Assembly (NCBI GenBank): GCA_011049425.1
Contig: DSBM01000053.1
Location: forward strand, 3,689-67,688
Source of the DNA: Candidatus Aminicenantes bacterium
GTDB taxonomy: Bacteria; Acidobacteriota; Aminicenantia; UBA2199
DNA length: 64,000 bases
Direction of reading: 5' to 3'
Part shown: positions 19,647-29,424 of the stretch, in pieces
Numbering within the stretch: position 1 is the first letter of the stretch
Layout of the letters: each line of letters begins with the position of its first letter
Program-made: the position numbers and the translations under genes
Notes under the pieces: model-generated
What the model saw: the letters and a program-made list of their open reading frames with translations, nothing else
Told to the model about the DNA's origin: nothing
Database searches by the model: none

Positions 19647-21199
19647 ACCACAAATTGCGCTACTTTGTAAACGGTGACTCGCGGATTTTTAGCCTGGAAG
19701 GCGATGAAGTCCGAGTGGGCAAACTGAAAAACATGGATATCTGTTTGGAAGACGCCACGGTATCCCGCCAACATTGCCGCCTGGTTTTTTCACGCAAGGG
19801 ATGGGAAATTTGCGACTCAGACAGCACCAATGGTACCTTTGTCAACGGCCGCAGAATCCAACGCAAACTTTTGAAACCGGGAGACGAGATATCCATCGGC
19901 CGGGCTCGCATGCGTTACCTGGTGGAATCCACTCCGCAGCAATTCCATGACAGCACGGATCAGAAAATCTCCATGGTTCTGCCTGTAAGCAAAACCTTCA
20001 AAGTTCACGAAAGAGACAACCTGAAGCGTGAATTAAGCCATCTGGCGGAACTTACGGAACTGGGTCGGCACTTGATCGCCGCCTCCAGCCTTCATGACTG
20101 TTTTGAGCATGTGGGCAGAGCCATTTTCAACATCTTAAAGCCCCAACGCCTGTTTATTTTCTTTCATGATGACAATCGGGGTGAACTGGACCTGCGCTAC
20201 AGCCGCGATGCGGACGGGAATGCAGTTAAAACAGTGACCATTTCCCGCACCATTGCCATGAAAGCCATGGAAGAAAAGGTAGCCATTCTCTCTTCCGACA
20301 CCAAGGAAGACAAACGTTTCGAAAAGGCCGAGAGCGTGATCCTTTACGGCATTGTTTCCGCGGTTTCCATTCCCATTTGGACCAAACGCTCTATCTACGG
20401 CCTGATTTACGTGGATACCACCCAGTTAACCGAGCTGTTTTCCCAACGGGACCTGGAAGTGCTATCCACAATCGCCAACTTTACGGGTCTCACCATCGAG
20501 AGCATTCAGAGTCAACAACGCCTGGACCAGGAAATGAAACTGCGCAGTCGCTTGGAGCGTTACCACTCACCTGCAGTGGTTTCCCGCATTATGCAGGACC
20601 AGGAATCGGGTACCCGCGAGATCATGGCATACCGGGAAACCGAAGCCACAGTGTTGTTCATGGACATGGTGGGATTTACCGCCCGTGCCGAAAACATGAA
20701 ACCCGTTGATGTGGGGCTATTGTTGAACCATTTCTTTGCCGCCATGACAGAGATCATTTTCAAGCACAACGGTACTCTGGACAAATACATCGGAGACGGC
20801 ATCATGGCGGTTTTCGGTGCCCCCCTGGCCGTGGAGGACCATCAGAAGCGGGCGGTGAGCGCGGCACTGGAGATGGTGAACCAGTTGCGGGAAATCAACC
20901 GCGACTTCGCGCCGGACGATCCCATCCAGGTTCGCATCGGCATCCACACCGGACGTTTGATTTCCGGCGATTTCGGATCACCCAAGCGTTACGACTACAC
21001 CGTACTGGGGACCACAGTCAACATCGCATCGCGCCTGGAATCCGCCGTGGCCGGACCAAACCAAGTAGTGGTTTCGGAGTCCCTATACCTGAAACTGCGA
21101 AAACAATTCACATTTCAGAAGCTGGGGGAATTCAAACTCCAGGGAATCTCTTCACCCGTCACATCCTATAAAGTAAAACGACTCAAGGGGGAATCATGA
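19643..21199 (+). CDS. FHA domain - GAF domain - class III adenylate/guanylate cyclase protein (GTG start overlapping the gpsA stop)
   Basis: N-terminal FHA (VSRQHCRLVF...STNGTFVNGRRI). Central GAF-like region. C-terminal CHD cyclase (FMDMVGFTA...GDGIMAVFGAP...GIHTG). Confidence 0.8.
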   Translation: MNHKLRYFVNGDSRIFSLEGDEVRVGKLKNMDICLEDATVSRQHCRLVFSRKGWEICDSDSTNGTFVNGRRIQRKLLKPGDEISIGRARMRYLVESTPQQFHDSTDQKISMVLPVSKTFKVHERDNLKRELSHLAELTELGRHLIAASSLHDCFEHVGRAIFNILKPQRLFIFFHDDNRGELDLRYSRDADGNAVKTVTISRTIAMKAMEEKVAILSSDTKEDKRFEKAESVILYGIVSAVSIPIWTKRSIYGLIYVDTTQLTELFSQRDLEVLSTIANFTGLTIESIQSQQRLDQEMKLRSRLERYHSPAVVSRIMQDQESGTREIMAYRETEATVLFMDMVGFTARAENMKPVDVGLLLNHFFAAMTEIIFKHNGTLDKYIGDGIMAVFGAPLAVEDHQKRAVSAALEMVNQLREINRDFAPDDPIQVRIGIHTGRLISGDFGSPKRYDYTVLGTTVNIASRLESAVAGPNQVVVSESLYLKLRKQFTFQKLGEFKLQGISSPVTSYKVKRLKGES

Positions 21200-21987
21200 A
21201 ACGAGCCTGTATCTTGATCGTCATTCTGCCGCTGCTTGCGGCCTGCGCCAAACGCGGGCCGACATTGCCGGGTCAACTCAAACCCGGATCGGCCGAGTAC
21301 ATCCTCAACGAGGGGGTCTTTTACCTGAACCAGGGGCAAATTGACATGGCGCGGGAAAAGATCCAGGAGGCCTTAAAAAAGAAGCCCAACTCCAAAGCCG
21401 CCCACTATTCCATGGGTGTGGTCTATACCTACCTGCGGGACTTTCCCGCCGCCATAAAACACTTCAGAATCGTAATCAGCATGGACCCGGAATACTGGGA
21501 CGCATATAACTCGCTGGGCCTTATCTACATTGAGACCGGTGAATTGGACCTCGCCCGGCAGAACCTGCTCAAAGCCGCCACCGCGGACAAGTACCGCAAT
21601 CCGGAAAACGCTTACGTCAATCTGGCAATGCTGGAAATCAAACGTGAAGCCTATGACAACGCCTTGCGATATGTGGACAAAGGCATCACGCAAAACCGCA
21701 ATTTCGCCCCGTTACACAACCTGAGGGGCATTATCCTGGAAAAGCAGGGAAACCTGGATGAAGCGCTATACCATTACAAAAAAGCCCTGAACTGCCTGAC
21801 TGAAGAAGATGCGAACATCCTGCTCAACGTGGCCCGGGTCCACCATCTATTGGGACAGAAAAACAAAGCCCTGGACCTTCTGGATCAGGCGTTGGGACTG
21901 GCCAAGGACGAATTTACCACGCAGCGCATCCGCACGTTGATGCGCGAAGTGGAAGGCAAAAAAGAAGACACGGCCAACGACAACTAA
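21196..21987 (+). CDS. TPR-repeat lipoprotein
   Basis: Lipobox LLAACA, then several TPR-like A/Y/L-patterned repeats. Confidence 0.7.
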   Translation: MKRACILIVILPLLAACAKRGPTLPGQLKPGSAEYILNEGVFYLNQGQIDMAREKIQEALKKKPNSKAAHYSMGVVYTYLRDFPAAIKHFRIVISMDPEYWDAYNSLGLIYIETGELDLARQNLLKAATADKYRNPENAYVNLAMLEIKREAYDNALRYVDKGITQNRNFAPLHNLRGIILEKQGNLDEALYHYKKALNCLTEEDANILLNVARVHHLLGQKNKALDLLDQALGLAKDEFTTQRIRTLMREVEGKKEDTANDN

Positions 21988-24230
21988 CTTTTGCGCAGTG
22001 GCCGGATTTCCAGGGTTCCACCCTGCCCCGCGGATCGGTTGGGAATCAGGTGAAGGCGATAGTAGCAGCGGCTTTGGTAGCGGCGATAAAGGGGACTTCG
22101 CAGACTCCAACCGTCATTGTTCCCGGGGGCGACGTCCGCGTCAAACAGTTTAAGTTGGAACGGCGGCGGCCCGTCTCCATCCCAGACAACCTTCATTGTC
22201 CCCACCGGCACTGATGTCGTCAAAGTAAAAGAATAGACGCTACCGGGTTCCAGGTCGAACTTGCGCTGTTCAACCCGGCGCGGGTGTTGCGACGCGCCCA
22301 TCAAACGATGCAGCATCATGCCCTCTCCGTTTACCAGCGTGGGGTTGAAATCCGGTACCCGGGGAAGGATCACACCCAGCAGCAACACCATTGCAGACGC
22401 CATGGCGACAGCGAATGTGGCGTGGCGTTTTCGCAGGCGCAACGGGAGCAAAGCCAATACGCCAAGCCCCACCAGGAGAACCACCCAGATTGGATTGGGC
22501 CACCAACTCCAATTGCCGGGCATTTTGGCGAAGGACGGCAGCCATCCATCCAGATGAATTCCCAGGGGACTCAGGATCTGGAACATCAGCCCTGATCGAA
22601 TGGGAACATTGTGGGTAGTGGGCTGGTAGAGGGTCCAGGGATGGATTACCTGGAAGACGGTGACGCCGGCCGCATAAAAAGGCAGCCAGTGCCATGCCCG
22701 GCGCATCCACTGGTTGGGTCCTTCACGTAGGTATATCCACACAAAAAGCATGAGCGCCCAGATCACCGGAATCAAAGGCCGCGCCTGGGGACATTGCCCT
22801 CCCCGATGGCTCAGGAAAGCGTAATTAAAGACAAACACCGCCGCCGGTAAGGCCAACAAAAGATGAACCCGGTAACGCTTCCAATTGCGCAATGCCAGCC
22901 ACAATCCGGGAAACGCCAGGAAAAAGACCGGTGCATACGGCAGCAGCCCGTCCCGCTGGTCCAGGAAATAGTCCAGCAAGGTATCAATGCGCATCTGGAG
23001 GGGAATGCCGCGAAATACCACGTCACTGAAATGCATTTTCTGGGTATAGTTCAAATACACCGACATGGGCGAGAAATTGTGATAGGCGTAAAAGAGATAA
23101 CCCAGGAACAGGGCTTGAAACAAGAGCGGGAACACCCATAGTCGCCACAAAGCGCCGAAATTCCGCTGCCTGAGAAAAAACACAGTGAAGCCGGCCCCGA
23201 ATGCCCAGACAAAAATTGCGTACTTGACGCCCCAGAAAAACAATATCCCCAGCAAAAGCCCGGAGACCAGGATCGCCCGGGGGCGGTCGCGGTTATACAA
23301 AAGAAGATAGAGGGCCAACAAGAGAAAAAACAACACCTGGACTTCAGGGTAAGCGTGGATGGCGTGGAAAAACAACGGCGGGGTAAACAGGGCCACCAGG
23401 CACAATTGCAGGGCGAAGGTTCGCCGGAGTGACAGGCGCAGGCCGAACAGGTAAACCATCACCACCACGCCCGCACCGAACAGCCCCAACCAGGCCCGCA
23501 TGAAAAAGGCCCACCAAACCGGCGGCAGCGGCAACAGTACTATGGGGACCATGGCCACGGCCACGCCCGGCAGATGAATGGAATAGATAAAAGCGCCCTC
23601 AGGCGGCGGCAGATCATCGCGGAAAAGACGCGCCTGGAAACGGGCATCTTTCCAGCCGAAATATCCGTGAATGCCCATGGTCACTTTGGGAAGAAAGCGC
23701 CGATATTGATGTTGGGCGTATTGATTGGCTACGTTCAGATCACCGTCCCGGACCAACGACTGAGCGATCACCAGGTAATGCGGCTCATCACCCATCAAGG
23801 GGATTCCTTTCAGCGTGATGACCGCCGCCCCCGCCGCCAGCAGCAGCCAGGCCATAACAAACAGGGCGACCAGGCGCCGCCGCATGGAAAGGCGGTCGAA
23901 AAGGATGCGGATGCGCCGCACAGCCTGATGTCGGCCCAGCACATTAAGCGCCAGGACAAGGGCCACGACCCACGTCAAAATACTGATGCGCAGGGAAAAT
24001 TCCACCGCGTCCCAATACGTCAGCCGCGCCGGCCAGGCCAACAGCCCCAAGCACAGCCAACGATAAGCCGCAACCATTTTGCGCCTGGGGTGCCACAATA
24101 CCGTAGCGGCCAGTGCCAGGATCAGCGCCAGGAGCGCCGGCAAAGAAACGACAGTCACCTCGAGGGCCAGGCCGGTCAGGCCCGCCGCGGTGATGAGCCA
24201 CTGCAGGATAATGCGCTGCCGGGAATGCAT
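21984..24230 (-). CDS. GT-C fold membrane glycosyltransferase (ArnT/PMT-like) with C-terminal extracytoplasmic domain
   Basis: More than 10 TM helices. A DE-containing first-loop motif GDEPHYL. A ~150-aa soluble C-terminal region. Start chosen at MHSRQRI; the ORF track allows 24350. Confidence 0.55.
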   Translation of the reverse strand: MHSRQRIILQWLITAAGLTGLALEVTVVSLPALLALILALAATVLWHPRRKMVAAYRWLCLGLLAWPARLTYWDAVEFSLRISILTWVVALVLALNVLGRHQAVRRIRILFDRLSMRRRLVALFVMAWLLLAAGAAVITLKGIPLMGDEPHYLVIAQSLVRDGDLNVANQYAQHQYRRFLPKVTMGIHGYFGWKDARFQARLFRDDLPPPEGAFIYSIHLPGVAVAMVPIVLLPLPPVWWAFFMRAWLGLFGAGVVVMVYLFGLRLSLRRTFALQLCLVALFTPPLFFHAIHAYPEVQVLFFLLLALYLLLYNRDRPRAILVSGLLLGILFFWGVKYAIFVWAFGAGFTVFFLRQRNFGALWRLWVFPLLFQALFLGYLFYAYHNFSPMSVYLNYTQKMHFSDVVFRGIPLQMRIDTLLDYFLDQRDGLLPYAPVFFLAFPGLWLALRNWKRYRVHLLLALPAAVFVFNYAFLSHRGGQCPQARPLIPVIWALMLFVWIYLREGPNQWMRRAWHWLPFYAAGVTVFQVIHPWTLYQPTTHNVPIRSGLMFQILSPLGIHLDGWLPSFAKMPGNWSWWPNPIWVVLLVGLGVLALLPLRLRKRHATFAVAMASAMVLLLGVILPRVPDFNPTLVNGEGMMLHRLMGASQHPRRVEQRKFDLEPGSVYSFTLTTSVPVGTMKVVWDGDGPPPFQLKLFDADVAPGNNDGWSLRSPLYRRYQSRCYYRLHLIPNRSAGQGGTLEIRPLRKS

Positions 24231-24368
24231 GGGAAAGCCATTATCGCATAGCTCCCTTGGGGGCGCAATGAAAAAACCAGGGCATTCCGCGACGTCTAAC
24301 CGTCCGCGTTGGGAACGCTCTCCAGCGAACGGGAGCCCGCTTCCCGGCAAGCGGCCACGAAAAAGCGG

Positions 24369-26333
24369 TTAGGTCATGTTTTTGTGGATAAAGTGGATCA
24401 GGTCACGGGTTTGAATATCATTGGACCCGGTTTCCTCAATGGCATCCTTGAACATGACGGAACAATAGGGACACGCAGTGACTAAAGTGTCCGCGCCGCG
24501 GGCGCAGGCATCCTGTATGCGAGCGTGACTCATGCGACCTTCGCCCTCTTCCTCTTTCCACATGCCGCCGCCACCGGCGCCGCAGCAAAACGACTTGTCG
24601 CGGTTATGGGTCATTTCCACCAGGCAACCGTCTTTAACAGCGGCCCGAAGCAAGCGACGCGGCGCATCGTACTCACCCTGGTAGCGGCCCAGGTAGCAGG
24701 GGTCATGAAAAGTGACACGATGCGACTTTGTTCCGGCATGCAACCGCAATGAACCGTTGTTGACCAGTTCTTCCAGCAGTTGGGTGTAATGCATCACCGC
24801 ATATTCACCACCCATGCGCTGGTATTCATGCCGCAGCACATGCAATCCATGGGGACACATGGTAACAATGCGGCGGAATTTATAACTGTTCAGATTTTCA
24901 ATGTTCTCCATGGCCAAAATCTGAAACAGGTATTCGTGCCCCGCCCTGCGTGCCGGGTCACCGCAGCATTTCTCACTGTCTCCCAGGATGGCAAAATCCA
25001 CCCCGGCCTTTTTCAGTACTTCCACCAGCATGCGGGTGTGCTTCTGGGCATGGCTGTCATAAGCGCCTTCACAGCCCACCCACAACAACACATCGGTTTC
25101 ACCCTTATCCGCGATCAAGGGTACATCCAGGCCTTCCATCCACTTGGAACGTTCCTGGGCGTTGATCCCCCAGGGATTGCCCTGGTTCTCCAGGCCGCGA
25201 AAAAGGGTCTGCAGCTCTTCGGGAAAACGGGATTCCATCATCACCCCGTACTGGCGCATTCCCGTGATTTTGGGGATGTGCTCGTTGAACATGGGGCAGA
25301 CTTCCATGCAGGCGCCACAAGTGGTACATGCCCAGATTTCCTCTTCGCTCACCACTTCGCCCAACAGGGTTTTTAAATCATCCCGCGGTGTCTCACCGAT
25401 TTCCAGCAAATGGAGTTGCATTTTGTGCAGCAACGCTTTGGGGGAAAGCGCCTTGCCTGTGCGCAAAGCCGGGCACACATCATCACAACGGCCGCACTCG
25501 GCACAGGAAAACAGGTCCAGCAGGTCTTTGCGGGTCAGGTCCACGATCTTGGGTGTTCCGAAATACTCCTGTTCTTCCAAATCAACCACGGGGATCTCGG
25601 CACGCACACCATGATTCTTGAAAAACAGGTTGACCGGACCGGCCACCAGGTGGAGATGCTTGGAAAAGGGGATCAGGACACCGAATGCCATTACCACCAG
25701 AATATGCAGCCACCACAAGACCCGCAACCACACTTCCTGGGTTGCTTTCGACATTATCGCAGGCAGCCAGTGGGCTTTGACCCATACCGCCAGAAAATTG
25801 CCGGAAACCATCGTTTCGGGACCGTAGAGTTTCAGGGCTTCATAAAAAACGAAACTCAGCATAAGCGTGGAGATAAAACCCAGAATCACTGCGGATTCCA
25901 TTGAAGGGATATCCAGGGTTGACGGCCGGAACACATAGCGCCGCACCAGGAAGAAAACCGCCGCCAGCAGGATCATGCCCGCAAAGATATTGGCGCCGAA
26001 CAGCACCACCGTACGAATCCCGCCTTGTCCCAGCAGGTTGAAGCCGGAAAAGAAACCTTCAACCACATGGTTGATGGTGACCAACAGGTAAACCAGGAAT
26101 CCCCAGAATATCATTGAGTGGAAAAAACCCACCACGGGCCGGTTCTCATAAGCGCAAAGCTGCAGCACCACGCGACGCAGGGCGTACCAGAAGCGCACCA
26201 GCGGCCGGTCACTCCTTTGGAACGGCCGTCCCCGTTGAATCAACAGCGCCTTGCGCCGAAACTCCCGCATGGCCAGAAAGACCGCTGCCAACGCCAACAA
26301 AACGAAAACGGTTTTTTCAATCAGTGTCAACAT
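24369..26333 (-). CDS. Fused membrane-anchored heterodisulfide-reductase-like Fe-S oxidoreductase (HdrE/NarI-like TM domain + HdrD-like 2x[4Fe-4S] + two CCG domains)
   Basis: ~6 N-terminal TM helices. Ferredoxin motifs CAECGRCDDVCP and CTTCGACMEVCP. CCG-type motifs CCG (CCGDPARRAG) and CCGAGGG...CPYC. Confidence 0.75.
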   Translation of the reverse strand: MLTLIEKTVFVLLALAAVFLAMREFRRKALLIQRGRPFQRSDRPLVRFWYALRRVVLQLCAYENRPVVGFFHSMIFWGFLVYLLVTINHVVEGFFSGFNLLGQGGIRTVVLFGANIFAGMILLAAVFFLVRRYVFRPSTLDIPSMESAVILGFISTLMLSFVFYEALKLYGPETMVSGNFLAVWVKAHWLPAIMSKATQEVWLRVLWWLHILVVMAFGVLIPFSKHLHLVAGPVNLFFKNHGVRAEIPVVDLEEQEYFGTPKIVDLTRKDLLDLFSCAECGRCDDVCPALRTGKALSPKALLHKMQLHLLEIGETPRDDLKTLLGEVVSEEEIWACTTCGACMEVCPMFNEHIPKITGMRQYGVMMESRFPEELQTLFRGLENQGNPWGINAQERSKWMEGLDVPLIADKGETDVLLWVGCEGAYDSHAQKHTRMLVEVLKKAGVDFAILGDSEKCCGDPARRAGHEYLFQILAMENIENLNSYKFRRIVTMCPHGLHVLRHEYQRMGGEYAVMHYTQLLEELVNNGSLRLHAGTKSHRVTFHDPCYLGRYQGEYDAPRRLLRAAVKDGCLVEMTHNRDKSFCCGAGGGGMWKEEEGEGRMSHARIQDACARGADTLVTACPYCSVMFKDAIEETGSNDIQTRDLIHFIHKNMT

Positions 26334-26367
26334 TTGGCTTTTGCCTCCTTGGTGTTCCCCGGCCGAT

Positions 26368-27162
26368 TCATGTGCCAGCCACTGATACCCTGGCTATTTT
26401 GCGGTTCAAAAAAACTTCCCCCACACGGCGGAACCGTTCCGGAAAATCGGTGACAAAAAAATCGTCCTCTTGATCGGGGGGTTCGTGGTTGAGCCAGCCC
26501 CGGTTACCCAGAATCAATTCCACCTGCCTGGCGGTCGTCAAACCCGAGTCGATGAGGCGGATCGCTTCGCCCATTACGGCCCCGACAACTTTACTGAGTA
26601 CCGGATAATGCGTACAACCCAGCACCAGGCTGTCGATACCCGCCTTTTTCAAAGGCAGTAAGTACTCTTCCGCCACCATTCGCGTCACTGTGTGATCCAC
26701 CCATCCCTCTTCCACCAGCGGAACAAACAGGGGACAATCCCGGGAGATAATTTCCAGATCGGGGTTACGCCTGCGAATGGCCTTTTCATAAGCTCCGGAC
26801 ATAATGGTGGCGGTGGTTCCAATCACACCTGCTTTTTTGCGGCTGAAGTCTACCGCGGCCTCGGCGCCGGGTTCAATCACGCCGATCACAGGCACCTCCA
26901 GGTTTGCCTGAAGGTGGGGAACCGCGTAAGAAGAAGAGGAGTTGCAAGCCACCACGATCAGTTTGACCTCGTGATTCACCAAAAAATGCGCGTTCTCCTC
27001 TGAAAAGCGAATGATGGTTGATTCCGACTTCGAGCCATACGGCAGGCGTGCCGTATCTCCCAGGTAGATCACTCGCTCCCGGGGCATTCGTTGCTTAATG
27101 GCGCGATATACAGTCAGGCCGCCGATACCGGAATCGAATACGCCGATGGGTTTTTTATTCAT
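26368..27162 (-). CDS. murI: Glutamate racemase
   Basis: IGVFDSGIGGLTV, VVACNSSS, LVLGCTHYP: both catalytic Cys blocks present. Confidence 0.9.
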   Translation of the reverse strand: MNKKPIGVFDSGIGGLTVYRAIKQRMPRERVIYLGDTARLPYGSKSESTIIRFSEENAHFLVNHEVKLIVVACNSSSSYAVPHLQANLEVPVIGVIEPGAEAAVDFSRKKAGVIGTTATIMSGAYEKAIRRRNPDLEIISRDCPLFVPLVEEGWVDHTVTRMVAEEYLLPLKKAGIDSLVLGCTHYPVLSKVVGAVMGEAIRLIDSGLTTARQVELILGNRGWLNHEPPDQEDDFFVTDFPERFRRVGEVFLNRKIARVSVAGT

Positions 27163-27733
27163 CCTGTTTCAGAAAGGCGAAGTTGGGGCGGAAAGGGCGA
27201 GACAGGTCGATATGTCCACTGAGCGTTTTGACTTCATTGCCCGCCACCATTATGCGTACGGAACGGATCTCTCTGAAATTAAAACATATGTTGTTTACGA
27301 TAAACTGAATAAACTCCAACTCTGACCGGCTTCCCCCGGGGAACCCGGTCATCAGAGCCTGATTGAAATCCAATACCAGGACCCGATCCGCTTCAACGTA
27401 GTACAATGCGCGAATTTGTGTGCCTTCCGGCACCGGGGCCCGGTCCTCTTCCCGCGGTTGCAGCAACAGGCGCAGGAATTCCCGATAAAGCTCAGTGCGC
27501 GTGGCTGGACGTGGGATACGCTTGGATATGGGTATCATGCGCCAATCCGTCCGGTCCATGTAAAACAGTTTCAGATCTACGGTGTCGGCCGGCGAAACTT
27601 CCGCTGTTCCGTCCGCGGCATCCGCGGGGGTGGGCGCGACCTGATCTTTTCCAGAGGAAAGAAAGATCATCAGGGCGACGGCAAAAAAAACCACAGCCAG
27701 TAAGACCAGCGGAACAATCAGTTTCTTGTTCAT
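27155..27733 (-). CDS. GerMN-domain (sporulation/germination-like) secreted protein
   Basis: Signal anchor, then a GerMN-like domain. Stop-start overlap with both neighbours. Confidence 0.6.
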   Translation of the reverse strand: MNKKLIVPLVLLAVVFFAVALMIFLSSGKDQVAPTPADAADGTAEVSPADTVDLKLFYMDRTDWRMIPISKRIPRPATRTELYREFLRLLLQPREEDRAPVPEGTQIRALYYVEADRVLVLDFNQALMTGFPGGSRSELEFIQFIVNNICFNFREIRSVRIMVAGNEVKTLSGHIDLSRPFRPNFAFLKQDE

Positions 27734-28857
27734 TTATAACGCTGGTTATGATAAGTGACAAACTGGGCGATCCCCGTGTAGATACCCCCGGCCACACGGC
27801 TGAGGAATCCATCCCGGGCCAACAGTTTTTCTTCGTCAGAATTGGAAAGAAAAGCGATCTCCACCAGCACCGCGGGCATGGCCGCGCGCATGAGCACACG
27901 AAAGGGAGCCTGTTTCACACCGCGGTTACGGGTATTCATCACCTCGTTGAGCTGGTTCTGAATGTAGGTGGCCAACTTGGAAGATTCCTTGATGTACTCC
28001 GTCTGGGCCATGTTCCACAAAATGAGCCTCAAGTCATCGGCCGCAGCGGGATCAAAAGCGTCTCCTCCCATGGAAGTGTTTTCTTTCCGCGCCAGTTCGG
28101 AGGCCTCCTTGTCCGTGGCCTCCAGGCTGACATAGTATGTTTCCGTACCGCGAGCACCGCGCCGGTAAGAAGAATTGACGTGAATCGAAACAAATACCTG
28201 GGCTTTCTGGTTATTGGCCATGGCCGCCCGCGAATCCAGGGAAATCTCTGAGTCGCTGTCCCGCGTCATGACCACCCGCAAACCCAAACGTGACTCGATC
28301 AACTGCTTTACTTTCAGGCCCACTTTGAGCGTAATGTCCTTTTCCACCAGGTCGGTTGTTCCAGCCCTGGCGCCCAGGTCGGTACCGCCATGACCCGGAT
28401 CGATGCAGATCGTATTGATGCTTGTTCCCTCGGGACGATCCGGCGCAGACACGGCTTCAACCTGGGGAGGTTGCGAGACCGCAGTTGGATTACCGGAGTC
28501 GGCCTCGAGATCAAATACCACGCGGAAAGGATTTTCCAGGACAAACTGCCGCTGGAAGCGAACCGGTATGTGGGTAACCACCCGGTAAACCGTGCCGTCA
28601 TGGCGCGGCAAAACATCCACCCGCTGAACGCAACGGCTTTCCTTTAACTGGATATTTTCAGGATCCGTACGTGCCGCCTGCTGCAGCCGCAAGTCAAAAC
28701 CGTTGTCTCGTGAAGAGACACTATAGGCAAAACTGCGGTCTGCTTCGAAAACGAGGCGGGTGTAATCCGAATAATCAAAAGAGCGTACGCTGACGTTTAA
28801 GCAGAAGGCCGTGACCGGCAGCAGCAGCAAGCCGATAATCATGGTAGTATGTTTCAT
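27730..28857 (-). CDS. N-acetylmuramoyl-L-alanine amidase (AMIN domain + Amidase_3)
   Basis: N-terminal AMIN-like domain (TRLVFEADRSFAY...NGFDLRL). C-terminal Amidase_3 (IDPGHGGTD, TRDSD). Confidence 0.85.
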   Translation of the reverse strand: MKHTTMIIGLLLLPVTAFCLNVSVRSFDYSDYTRLVFEADRSFAYSVSSRDNGFDLRLQQAARTDPENIQLKESRCVQRVDVLPRHDGTVYRVVTHIPVRFQRQFVLENPFRVVFDLEADSGNPTAVSQPPQVEAVSAPDRPEGTSINTICIDPGHGGTDLGARAGTTDLVEKDITLKVGLKVKQLIESRLGLRVVMTRDSDSEISLDSRAAMANNQKAQVFVSIHVNSSYRRGARGTETYYVSLEATDKEASELARKENTSMGGDAFDPAAADDLRLILWNMAQTEYIKESSKLATYIQNQLNEVMNTRNRGVKQAPFRVLMRAAMPAVLVEIAFLSNSDEEKLLARDGFLSRVAGGIYTGIAQFVTYHNQRYK

Positions 28858-29139
28858 TGAACCGTCTGTACTTTTACCCGCATTCCGCTTTGGATCCCAA
28901 GTCGGACAAATACGGGAAGATGGGGATTATAGCATACCCGGCAGCGCAAAGGAAACGGGGGCCAGTTGACATTCCGAGGCCTTTGAACCATCCTGTAATC
29001 AGAAACCCGCATTTTGCGCGGATTCCGCTGCAGGGAGTAGAGGGATCGCAAAAGCAAAAAATCTTTCTCCCCGGGTGTTGCAATTCCGCGACTGCACTGA
29101 ATCAACGCAGTTGGAAAATGCGGGACTAAGGGGGATATC

Positions 29140-29349
29140 ATGTCTACAGTCAAAGTTATTGAATTGATCGGTGCATCCGATAAGAGTTGGGAAGACGCGG
29201 CGGCCAACGCAGTCCGCGAAGCATCGGAAACCGTGTCCAACATCGTCGGCGTGGAAGTGACCGCCCAGACCGCCAAGGTGTCCAACAGCCGGATCACCGA
29301 GTATCGCTCTACCGTAAAAGTAGCCTTCCGGGTTAAAGCAGATCGATAG
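29140..29349 (+). CDS. Dodecin-family flavin-binding protein
   Basis: 69 aa, VIELIGASDKSWEDAAANAV...VEVTAQ...VKVAFRV: dodecin fold pattern. RBS GGGGGA. Confidence 0.7.
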   Translation: MSTVKVIELIGASDKSWEDAAANAVREASETVSNIVGVEVTAQTAKVSNSRITEYRSTVKVAFRVKADR

Positions 29350-29424
29350 GTAAAGAAGGTGACAGGAGACATTAACCCCTTGCCTTCGCCATTCACCCGC
29401 CTCCTGCCACCTGTCCCCTGCTTT

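Noticed and set aside
28858-29139. FMN riboswitch upstream of the dodecin (flavin-binding) gene
   Set aside because: No RFN-element conserved blocks (e.g. GGATAGGGG...CCCTACCGG style helices) are recognisable. The region has only promoter-like TTGACA and a GGGGGA RBS.
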